A stretch of DNA of 29,567 nt, taken from contig JALHTD010000463.1 in NCBI GenBank assembly GCA_022865555.1, positions 1 through 29,567 on the forward strand, given 5' to 3'. Shown piece after piece: positions 8,670 to 16,724 of this stretch. The translations under genes and the position numbers were made by a program. How positions within the stretch are numbered: position 1 is the stretch's first letter; each line of letters starts with the position of its first letter. This stretch comes from Thermoanaerobaculaceae bacterium (GTDB lineage: Bacteria; Acidobacteriota; Thermoanaerobaculia; Thermoanaerobaculales; Thermoanaerobaculaceae). The notes beneath the pieces were generated by a model that saw nothing but the letters and a program-made list of their open reading frames with translations, ran no database searches and was not told the DNA's origin.

Positions 8670-9961
8670 GGCGCATCGTGGTGCTCGGGGCCGGCCTCAC
8701 CGGGCTCTCGGCCGCCTACCACCTCAGGGAGCGCGGGGTGGCCGCGGAGGTTCTCGAGAGGGACGCGGGGCCGGGCGGAGCGTGCAGGACGGTGGAGAGG
8801 AACGGGTTCTCCTTCGACCTCACCGGGCACCTCCTCCACCTCGCACGGGCGGAGAGCCGGCAACTCCTCGGGTCGTTGGGTGTGAGGAGGGCGCTTCGGA
8901 GCCACCGGAGGCGGGCAAGCGTCGCGCTGGCCGGGGCCGTCACGCCGTATCCGATCCAGATCAACACGTACCGATTGCCGCGCGAGGTGCGGCGGGACTG
9001 CCTCGTCGGTTTCGTCGAGGCACGAATGCGGCCGGAGGAGCCGAGCGGCGAGCGGACCACCTTTGCCGACTGGGTCATGAGCCAGTTCGGTGAGGGCTTT
9101 GCAAAGCACTTCTTCTTCCCCTACAACCGCAAGCTGTACTGCACGGACCCCGCGGAGCTGACCAGCGACTGGGTGGGGCGCTATGTGCCGCGCCCCTCCC
9201 TCGTCGATGTGATCGAAGGGTCGCTCGGGCTCTACCGCAAGGCGGTCGGCTACAACGCCACGTTCTTCTACCCCCGCCGGGGCGGGATCCAGCTCCTCGC
9301 GGATGCCGTTGCCGCGACGCTTCCTCCGCTGCGCCTGGGGGTCCCGGTGCGGGCCGTGCACCTGGGCGCGCGCGAGCTGGTGCTGGACTCCGGCGAAACC
9401 GTGGGGTGGGACGTGCTGATCGCCACGGCGCCGCTGCCGCACCTGGCGGCGATGACGGCCGACCTGCCCACCGAGCTGCGGCACGCGGCGGCGCGCCTGC
9501 GAGCGGTCGGAGTCGTGAACCTGAACCTGGGCGTGCGGGGTCCCGCACCGCGGAGGGAGCACTGGCTCTACGTGCCCGAGGAGAGGTTCCCGTTCTACCG
9601 TGTCGGGATTCCCTCCAACCACGGTGACGTGGCGCCGCCCGGCTGCCACACGCTCTCGGTGGAAGTCAGCGTGCCCGCCGGCGCCCCGGCCCCTGCGGAC
9701 CTGGCCGAGCGCTGCCTCGCCGGGCTCTCGGAGCTCGGGCTGCTGCGGGACCGCTCGAGCGTGGAGGTCACGGAGCAGATCCGCCTCGACCCCGCGTACG
9801 TGATCTTCGACGCGGCCCGGCCGGGACTGGTGGCCTCGCTGCGCGATCACTACCTCGCCTCCGGCGTGCTGCTCTCGGGCCGCTGGGCGGAGTGGAAGTA
9901 CTCCACGATGGAGGACGCCCTCTGGGACGGGGCGGCGGTGGCCCGGCGGGTGGCGTCGTGA
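8666..9961 (+). CDS. FAD-dependent oxidoreductase/mutase of the HemY-like fold; most resembles eukaryote-type UDP-galactopyranose mutase
   Basis: GTGA overlap. Dinucleotide-binding 'VVLGAGLTGLSAAY', then 'FDLTGHLLH', 'PYPIQIN', 'FFPYNRKLY', 'YNATFFYP..GG', 'WLYVPE..FPFYR' and 'SGRWAEWKY'. Confidence 0.75.
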   Translation: MRRIVVLGAGLTGLSAAYHLRERGVAAEVLERDAGPGGACRTVERNGFSFDLTGHLLHLARAESRQLLGSLGVRRALRSHRRRASVALAGAVTPYPIQINTYRLPREVRRDCLVGFVEARMRPEEPSGERTTFADWVMSQFGEGFAKHFFFPYNRKLYCTDPAELTSDWVGRYVPRPSLVDVIEGSLGLYRKAVGYNATFFYPRRGGIQLLADAVAATLPPLRLGVPVRAVHLGARELVLDSGETVGWDVLIATAPLPHLAAMTADLPTELRHAAARLRAVGVVNLNLGVRGPAPRREHWLYVPEERFPFYRVGIPSNHGDVAPPGCHTLSVEVSVPAGAPAPADLAERCLAGLSELGLLRDRSSVEVTEQIRLDPAYVIFDAARPGLVASLRDHYLASGVLLSGRWAEWKYSTMEDALWDGAAVARRVAS

Positions 9962-11112
9962 GGCCGCTGCGCGTCATGCACGCGATCACGATGCTCGAGC
10001 TGGGCGGAGCCCAGCGCAACACGCTCGACACCGTTGCCTCGCTCGACCGCCGCGAGTTCGCGGTCGCCCTCACGTGTGCGAGCCAGGGGGAACTGCTCCC
10101 GGAAGCTCGAGCGCTTGCCGATGTGGAGCTGTTCGAGCTGCCCCACCTGCGGCGGGAGGTGCGGCCGCTCGCTGACATGCGCGCACTCTCCGAGTTGCGG
10201 CGGGCGATGCGGCGGTTTCGGCCGGAGGTCGTTCACACCCACTGCTCCAAGGCCGGGATCCTCGGGCGCCTGGCCGCCCGCCGCGAGGGCGTGCCGGTAG
10301 TGATCCACTCGATCCACGGCTTCGGCTTCGGGCCGCATCAACCCTCTCTCGTGCGTTTCGCGTTCCTGACCGCCGAGCGGCTGGCCTCGCGCTGGACCAC
10401 GACGTTCGTCGCGGTCTCCCGGCGCAACCTGGAGGAGGGCGTGCGTCTGGGGCTCTTCCCCGCCTCGCGCGCGCGGGTGATCCGGTCGGGGGTCGACCTG
10501 GCGTCGTTCGCGTCGCACCGGGGTGGCAACGCTCTCCGGCGAGAGCTCGGGATCCCGGTTGACGCGCCGCTGGTGGTGCAGATCGCGTGCTTCAAGGCGC
10601 AGAAGGCGCCCGAGCGGTTCGTCGAGGTCGCGGCGCGCTTGGCGTCCGGCTTTCCCGCGGCGCACTTCTTGCTCGTGGGGGACGGGGCGCTTCGGCGGCG
10701 GCTCGAGCGACTCCGGCGCGAGCACGGTCTGGAGGGGCGTCTCCACCTGCCGGGGTGGCGGCGGGACGTGCCGGCGATCTACGACGCCGCCACGGTGGTG
10801 ACGCTCACGTCGCGTTTCGAGGGGCTGCCGCGGGTGCTCGTCGAGGCGCTCGCGGCAGGCGTTCCGGTGGTGGCGATGGCGGTGGACGGTGTGAACGAGG
10901 TGGTCCGCGACCGAGAGAACGGCTTCCTCGTACCGCCCGATGATGTGGCCGGCGTGGCGGAGCGCGTCGGCGAGATCCTCCGCGACGGCGCGCTGCGGTC
11001 GCGCCTTTCGGCTCAAGCGCTGGAAGGGCTGCAGGAGTTCGGGCGGGAAGCGATGGTGCGGCAGCAGGAGGAGTTGTACCGGGAGCTGGCATGCCAGGCT
11101 GGTTTGCGCTAA
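9958..11112 (+). CDS. Glycosyltransferase family 4
   Basis: GTGA overlap. Motifs 'ITMLELGGAQRN', 'HTHCSKAGILGRLAA', 'FKAQKAPERF' and 'EGLPRVLVEALAAG'. Confidence 0.92.
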   Translation: MRPLRVMHAITMLELGGAQRNTLDTVASLDRREFAVALTCASQGELLPEARALADVELFELPHLRREVRPLADMRALSELRRAMRRFRPEVVHTHCSKAGILGRLAARREGVPVVIHSIHGFGFGPHQPSLVRFAFLTAERLASRWTTTFVAVSRRNLEEGVRLGLFPASRARVIRSGVDLASFASHRGGNALRRELGIPVDAPLVVQIACFKAQKAPERFVEVAARLASGFPAAHFLLVGDGALRRRLERLRREHGLEGRLHLPGWRRDVPAIYDAATVVTLTSRFEGLPRVLVEALAAGVPVVAMAVDGVNEVVRDRENGFLVPPDDVAGVAERVGEILRDGALRSRLSAQALEGLQEFGREAMVRQQEELYRELACQAGLR

Positions 11113-11864
11113 CGGTCGCCGCCGCCTACGGGACGGTGTTCGGGAGCTTCCTGAACGTGGTGGTGCACCGCCTGCCGCGTGGGATGTCGCTGCTTCGGCC
11201 CGGCTCTCACTGCCCGGCGTGCGGTGCCCCGGTGCGCTGGTTCGACAACGTCCCGGTGCTCTCCTACCTGCTGCTCAGTGGGCGATGCCGCGCCTGCCGG
11301 GTGGCCATCTCGCCGCGCTACCCGCTCGTGGAGCTCGCGAGCGGGGCACTCACCGTGGCGGTCGTTGCGCGCTTCGGCTTGACGTTGCAGGGCCTGGAGG
11401 CAATGCTGCTGGTGATGCTGCTGCTGCCGCTGGCGTTCATAGACCTGGAGCACCACCTGCTCCCGGACGTGCTGACGTTGCCCGGGATCGCCGTGGGCCT
11501 CGCGGGCTCGCTTGCGGGTGGGCTGGTCCCGCTTCTCGACGCGGCGACCGGGGCAGCGGTCGGAGCGGCGGTGCCGTACGCGGTGATCGTGATCTATCGC
11601 TGGCTGCGCGGCGCCGAGGGGATGGGGCTCGGCGACGTCAAGCTGCTGGCGATGATCGGGGCGTTCCTGGGCTGGCGTGGCGTTCTTCTCACGCTGGGCC
11701 TGGCGGCCACTGCCGGCGCGCTCCTCGGGCTCACGCTGATCGCGCTCGGAAGAGGGAAAAGGGACACCGAGTTGCCGTTCGGAACGGTTCTGGCGTTCGC
11801 CGCGATGATCGTGCTCTTCGCCGGGGACCGACTGCTGATCGGTCTGGGGTGGGTCCGGCCATGA
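11091..11864 (+). CDS. pilD: Type IV prepilin peptidase/N-methyltransferase (A24)
   Basis: 'GSFLNVVVHRLPRG', two CxxC motifs (CPAC, CRAC), 'ISPRYPLVEL', and catalytic Asp motifs 'IDLEH' and 'GMGLGDVKL', plus 'LPFG'. Confidence 0.95.
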   Translation: MPGWFALTVAAAYGTVFGSFLNVVVHRLPRGMSLLRPGSHCPACGAPVRWFDNVPVLSYLLLSGRCRACRVAISPRYPLVELASGALTVAVVARFGLTLQGLEAMLLVMLLLPLAFIDLEHHLLPDVLTLPGIAVGLAGSLAGGLVPLLDAATGAAVGAAVPYAVIVIYRWLRGAEGMGLGDVKLLAMIGAFLGWRGVLLTLGLAATAGALLGLTLIALGRGKRDTELPFGTVLAFAAMIVLFAGDRLLIGLGWVRP

Positions 11865-13510
11865 CCAGCGGCCTGCCCTCCCACCGGTTCCGCGAGGCGC
11901 AACTGCTCATCGGGGCCGCGCTCCTGATGCTGGTGGGGATGGTCGTCGTGGAGATGGTCGGGATGCTGGCTGTGGCGCGCCTGGTCGAGGACGAGGCGCG
12001 GCGCGCCTCGATGGCGGCCGCGCACCTCGCCGCCTCCCGGATCGCGGGCGGCGAGTCCGCGCGCTTTGCCGCGGCGCTCCGGCAGGAAGGGTGGGGTCTC
12101 GCGGTGCTCGTCAGCGGCAGGGTCGTCGAGCGGGTTGGACAGGCGGGCCCCTCGGAGCCGGCATGGTGGCCGTGGGAGTCGCGGGAGCAGTGGGAGCGGG
12201 CCGGGCAGCGCGTGGGGGGACCGGTCGCAAGGGGCGACGGAAGCGTGTTTGTCGCCTACCAACCGCTGGCGGACGGCCGCGTGGTCCGGGCAGTGGTGCC
12301 GGCATCGGGCGCGGGCGCCGTTGGGCGCCTGCGCGACGTGGGTGCAGCACTCGCGCTGGTGGTCGCGGTGGGCGGGGGTCTGCTGGCGTGGGCGCTGATC
12401 GCCCGTGTGCTCGCCCCCTACCGCGAGCTGCTCGCGGAGGCGGTGCGGGTGACACGGAAACCCGGTGGGGAGGCCGAGGACCGCTTCCTGGTCGAAACGT
12501 TCCGCGACACCGTGCGGCGCCTCGAGGTCTCGGAGGCGGCTCTGCGTCGGCGGGCGGATGACCTGGAGGTGCTCGCGGAGGTGCTGACGCGGGGCTCCGC
12601 CGCCGGGGTGGTGATCACCGACCCCGGGGGCACCGTGCGGGCCGCCAACTCAGCGGCCGCCGAGCTCGCCCCTGATCTGGCGGTCGGCGGGGCTCTCCCG
12701 GCGACGTTGGCCGCTGGCGAGCGGAGCAGACGGCTTTCGGAGCGGGTCGTGGAGGTGCGGCGACTCCCGCTGCTGGCGGACAGCGGGGCAGCCCAAGGGG
12801 AGGTACTGTTTCTGACCGACCGGACGAGCGTGGAGGCGCTCGAGCGGGCCCTCGCCGAGCGCGAGCAGATGGCGGCCCTGGGTGAGCTGGCTGCGGGGAT
12901 GACCCACGAGCTGCGCAATGCCCTCGCCACCATGCGCGGCTACCTGCGCCTGCTCCCCGACGCCAAGCGTGAGGATCGCGCGCGCTTCGTGGCCGCCATC
13001 AACGACGAGGCGGAAGGTCTGGCCGAGCTGTTGGACCGCTTCCTTCGCTTCGCGCAGCCGCGCGAGCTCCGGCGCGAGCCGGTCGAGCTGCTGGCGCTCG
13101 TCGAGGAGGCGGCGCGCAAGGTGCGCACCGCGTTTCCCGACATCACCCTGGGAGTCGAGGGCGCGCCGATCACCACGGTGGGCGATGCGCTGGCGCTCGG
13201 CGTCGTCGTGGAGAACCTCCTGCGCAACGCGGCCGAGGCGGTCTCGAGCCAGGGTGGCTCGGTACTGGCGCGGGTGGAATCCTCCCCCGGCATGGCGCGA
13301 GTCGTGGTGGAGGACGAGGGGCCTGGGGTGAGCGACGAGCTGCGGGGACGGCTGTTCCTGCCGTTCGCCTCCAGCAAGGCTTCCGGTGGTCTCGGTCTCG
13401 CCCTCGCGCGCCGCTTCGCGCGCCTGCACGGGGGCGACGTCGGGCACGAACCCCGGCCTGGGGGCGGGTCTCGCTTCGTGGTCTGGCTACCCCTCCAGGG
13501 GGTCGCATGA
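11861..13510 (+). CDS. Membrane-bound sensor histidine kinase (2 TM, extracytoplasmic domain, HAMP/PAS-like linker, HisKA, HATPase)
   Basis: ATGA overlap with pilD. H-box 'AGMTHELRNAL', N-box 'NLLRNAAEA', G1 'EDEGPG', F-box 'FLPFASSK' and G2 'GGLGLAL'. Confidence 0.92.
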   Translation: MTSGLPSHRFREAQLLIGAALLMLVGMVVVEMVGMLAVARLVEDEARRASMAAAHLAASRIAGGESARFAAALRQEGWGLAVLVSGRVVERVGQAGPSEPAWWPWESREQWERAGQRVGGPVARGDGSVFVAYQPLADGRVVRAVVPASGAGAVGRLRDVGAALALVVAVGGGLLAWALIARVLAPYRELLAEAVRVTRKPGGEAEDRFLVETFRDTVRRLEVSEAALRRRADDLEVLAEVLTRGSAAGVVITDPGGTVRAANSAAAELAPDLAVGGALPATLAAGERSRRLSERVVEVRRLPLLADSGAAQGEVLFLTDRTSVEALERALAEREQMAALGELAAGMTHELRNALATMRGYLRLLPDAKREDRARFVAAINDEAEGLAELLDRFLRFAQPRELRREPVELLALVEEAARKVRTAFPDITLGVEGAPITTVGDALALGVVVENLLRNAAEAVSSQGGSVLARVESSPGMARVVVEDEGPGVSDELRGRLFLPFASSKASGGLGLALARRFARLHGGDVGHEPRPGGGSRFVVWLPLQGVA

Positions 13511-14778
13511 ACGCCCCGCTCCTCGTGGTCGAGGACCGCCGCAGCCTGGGCGAGATGCTGGCCGAAACGCTGCGCACGGAGGGGTACGATGTGGAGCTGG
13601 TGCTGCGGGGCGACACCGCGATGCAGCGCCTTCAGGAGAGTGGACCATACTTGGCGGTGCTCACCGACCTCAAGCTTCCGGGGGCAGACGGCCTGACGGT
13701 GCTGCGCACCGCTCGGACAGTCGACCCGCTGCTGCCGGTGTTCCTGATCACGGGCTACGCCACGGTGGAGACGGCCGTGGCGGCGCTCAAGCAGGGGGCG
13801 CGGGACTACTTCCCGAAGCCCCTTGACATGGAGCGCGTTCTGGAAGGCCTGCGCGCGGCCTGCGAGCCGAGGCGGGCGCTCCTGGCCACGCCCCCCACCG
13901 GCGAGGGACTCCCAGAACTCGTGGGCGCCGCCCCGGCGTTCGCAGGCGTGGTGACGGCGCTGCGCCGCGTGGCCCCCACCGACGCGGCCGTTCTCCTGCT
14001 CGGACCCTCGGGGAGCGGCAAGGAACTCTTCGCACGGGCTCTCCACCAGCTCTCGCGGCGGGGCGGAGGACCCTTCGTGCCCTTCAACTGCGCCGCGGTG
14101 CCCGAGAGTCTGGTGGAGTCGGAGCTGTTCGGGCACGAGCGGGGTGCGTTCACCGGCGCCAACGCCCGCCACGTCGGGCGCTTCGAGCAGGCCCACCGTG
14201 GCACGCTCTTCCTCGACGAGATCGGCGAGGTGCCGCTCTCGACGCAAGCCAAGCTGCTGCGCGCCCTCGAGGAGCACCGCATCACCCGGCTGGGTGGAGA
14301 GGGCGAGATCGTGGTTGACGTGCGCGTGGTGGCCGCGTCCAACCGCGACCTCGAGGACGCGGTCACCGGGGGCTCGTTCCGCCGCGACCTCTTCCACCGC
14401 CTGAACGTGTTCCCGATCCGGCTGCCTTCCCTCGTGGAGCGACGCGAGGACATCCCGGCCCTGACCCTCCACCTGCTGACACGCGCCGGTGGCCGCCACG
14501 GGGTTCCTGTGCCCACTCTGCGGCCTGCGGCGATGGCGGCCCTGGTGCTGGCGCCGTGGCCCGGGAACGTGCGGGAGCTCGCCAACCTGCTGGAGCGGGT
14601 GGTGATCCTGGCAGAGGGCCGCCCGGTGGGGGTGGCGGAGCTGGGGCTCGACGCGGCCGCGTGTCGGGAGGGCCTCGCGGACGCCCTCGCCCGCCGCCTC
14701 GCCGTCCGCCTTGCGGGGGGGGACTCCGAGGAGCTGGCCGGTTTCCTGGGTGTGTCGGCGGGCGAGCTGCAGCGCTAG
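13507..14778 (+). CDS. Sigma-54-dependent response regulator (NtrC/PilR-like: REC, AAA+, short HTH)
   Basis: ATGA overlap. Receiver motifs 'VVED', 'LTDLKLP' and 'FPKP'; Walker A 'GPSGSGKE'; 'ESELFGHERGAFTGA'; Walker B 'LFLDEIG'; 'WPGNVREL'. Confidence 0.95.
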   Translation: MNAPLLVVEDRRSLGEMLAETLRTEGYDVELVLRGDTAMQRLQESGPYLAVLTDLKLPGADGLTVLRTARTVDPLLPVFLITGYATVETAVAALKQGARDYFPKPLDMERVLEGLRAACEPRRALLATPPTGEGLPELVGAAPAFAGVVTALRRVAPTDAAVLLLGPSGSGKELFARALHQLSRRGGGPFVPFNCAAVPESLVESELFGHERGAFTGANARHVGRFEQAHRGTLFLDEIGEVPLSTQAKLLRALEEHRITRLGGEGEIVVDVRVVAASNRDLEDAVTGGSFRRDLFHRLNVFPIRLPSLVERREDIPALTLHLLTRAGGRHGVPVPTLRPAAMAALVLAPWPGNVRELANLLERVVILAEGRPVGVAELGLDAAACREGLADALARRLAVRLAGGDSEELAGFLGVSAGELQR

Positions 14779-16112
14779 CCGCGCAGGGCCGCGAGCAGGG
14801 CGTGCAGCAGGCGCCGGTCCTGCTCCGGGAGCACCGCGCGCAGGTCCAGCACGACCTTGTTGTCCTCGACCCGCCCGACGACCGCCGGCGTCGCCTTCCG
14901 TAGCCTGGCGGCAGTGACGTCGCCGCCCGGGAGCGCAACACCCCAGGAGGGAAGCGTCTGGTCGGGGGTGGTGCCGCCCCCCAGCACCGCCCGGGTAGCG
15001 GCCGCCTCGGCCGGGAGGCCGGCCTCGCGCAGGCGGCGGGCCAGACGACGGGCGCGTGCCCGCAGCCCGGCTTCCGGAAGCGCCAGCAGCCGGTAGAGCG
15101 GCACGGCCTCGGGCCGGCCCGCGAGATAGGCGTCGAGAGTCGCGGCCAGGGCGACCAAGGCGCTCTTGTCGGGGCGCAGCGCCCGGCGGAGGGGGTGCCG
15201 GCGCAGGGGCGCGATGGTGGAGTTGTTTCCGAGCAGCACCCCGGCCTGCGGCCCGGCCAGGAGCTTGTCGCCGGAGAACACGACGGCATCCGCCCCGGCC
15301 GCCAGGATCTCCTGCACCGTCGGCTCGCGCCGCAGGCCGTAGCGGGCGAGATCGAGGTGGCACCCGGAGCCCTCATCCACCCAGACCGGCACCCCGCGGG
15401 CGTGCCCCAGCTTGACGAGGTCGCGAAGCTCCGGCGTGGCGACGAACCCCTGGAGGTGGAAGTTGGAGCGGTGGACGACCAGGATCGCTGCCGTGCCCTC
15501 ACCGACGGCGCGCGCGTAGTCCTCGGGATGAGTGCGGTTGGTGCATCCGACCTCGACCAGGTGAGCGCCGCTTGCGGCCATGATCTCGGGCAGCCGGAAC
15601 GAACCGCCGATCTCGATGAGCTCCCCCCGCGAGACGATCACCTCGCGGCCGGCGGCATGGGCGGCGAGCAGCAGCATGAGCGCCGCGGCGTTGTTGGTGA
15701 CGACGGTAGCGGCCTCGGCGCCGAAGTAGCGGTTCAGGCGGTCCACCACCGGGGCGAGCCTCTCGCCTCGGGCGCCGGTGCCCAGGTCGTACTCCAGCGC
15801 CAGGTAGCCGGACGCGTCGGCGGCGACGCGCGGGGCCCGCCCGAGGTTGGTGTGAATCAGCACACCGGTGGCGTTGAGCACCTCGGGGTACGCGGCCGCC
15901 TCCCGGCGCGCCAGCAGCGCCATGGCGTCGGCCACCAACGTGGGCGGCGGGGGCGTCGGCTCGCCCTGCGCCAGTCGCTGCCTGGCGGCGGAGAGGGCCT
16001 CGCGGACAGCCGCCCGCACGGCCGCCGCGCCGTGAAGCTCGCGCGCCTGCTGGAGCTTCTCGTCGGCCAGAAGACGATGGACGGCAGGGAGCCCGGCGAG
16101 AGGGTTTACCAT
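14775..16112 (-). CDS. selA: L-seryl-tRNA(Sec) selenium transferase
   Basis: Motifs 'VLNATGVLIHTNLGRAP', 'LEYDL..G.RG', 'NNAAA', 'SRGELIEIGGSFR', 'EVGCTNRTH', PLP-lysine 'FSGDKLLAGPQAG', and 'LRRALRPDK'. Confidence 0.92.
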   Translation of the reverse strand: MVNPLAGLPAVHRLLADEKLQQARELHGAAAVRAAVREALSAARQRLAQGEPTPPPPTLVADAMALLARREAAAYPEVLNATGVLIHTNLGRAPRVAADASGYLALEYDLGTGARGERLAPVVDRLNRYFGAEAATVVTNNAAALMLLLAAHAAGREVIVSRGELIEIGGSFRLPEIMAASGAHLVEVGCTNRTHPEDYARAVGEGTAAILVVHRSNFHLQGFVATPELRDLVKLGHARGVPVWVDEGSGCHLDLARYGLRREPTVQEILAAGADAVVFSGDKLLAGPQAGVLLGNNSTIAPLRRHPLRRALRPDKSALVALAATLDAYLAGRPEAVPLYRLLALPEAGLRARARRLARRLREAGLPAEAAATRAVLGGGTTPDQTLPSWGVALPGGDVTAARLRKATPAVVGRVEDNKVVLDLRAVLPEQDRRLLHALLAALRG

Positions 16113-16181
16113 TGTGGAATTCTACCCTCACCGGCCGGCCGGATGGCTTCGGATGCCGGCGGTTTGTGTATCCTTGCAGGC

Positions 16182-16724
16182 GTGAGCAACGGGGACCTCG
16201 TCGGTCAACTGGACCACCAGCTGGAGGAGTTGGCCCGAAAGTGGGAGCGCTTCTTCGCCCGGGACCGCCAGGTCCCGACACCGCCGGAGCGCGAGCGCAC
16301 GGAGCTCGAGCGGCGACTGCGGGAGCTGAGCCGCTACGAGGGTCGCGCCTCGGCCGACCAGTTCCGGATGGAACAGTTGCTGCACCGGTTCGCCACCTAC
16401 AACCAGATGTGGCAGCGCATGATGCGCGACCGCGAGGAGGCGCGGGGTGGAGCCGCCGGTGCGGCGCGCCCGCCCAACGCTCCCGCCCCCGCTCCCGTAG
16501 GAGGGGTGAGCGACGAGTACCAGGGTGTCTTCAGCCGCTACGTGGACGCCCTCGGGAAGTCGGGCAAGGAAGCATCGGTGGGCTTCGACAGCTTCCGGCA
16601 GACGCTCGAGCAGCAGCGGCGCCAACTGGAGGACCGGGGGTCGGTGGTGGAGGGTTTCGAGGTGGTGGAGGACGGCACCCAGGTGCGCGTGCGTGCGCGG
16701 GTACGTCGTGGGAGGCAGGAATGA
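16182..16724 (+). CDS. Hypothetical helical protein resembling the MXAN_5187 C-terminal domain
   Basis: 'LEELARKWERFF...PPERERTELERRLREL....DQFRMEQLLHRFATYNQMWQRMMRDREEARG' matches the remembered family pattern. The GTG at 16182 is preferred; an in-frame ATG at 16143 is an alternative. Confidence 0.65.
   Translation: MSNGDLVGQLDHQLEELARKWERFFARDRQVPTPPERERTELERRLRELSRYEGRASADQFRMEQLLHRFATYNQMWQRMMRDREEARGGAAGAARPPNAPAPAPVGGVSDEYQGVFSRYVDALGKSGKEASVGFDSFRQTLEQQRRQLEDRGSVVEGFEVVEDGTQVRVRARVRRGRQE

Noticed and set aside
8666-9961. Annotation as protoporphyrinogen oxidase HemY
   Set aside because: Only the FAD-binding fold is shared. There are no heme genes nearby, the context is glycan synthesis, and the motifs fit UGM-like proteins better.
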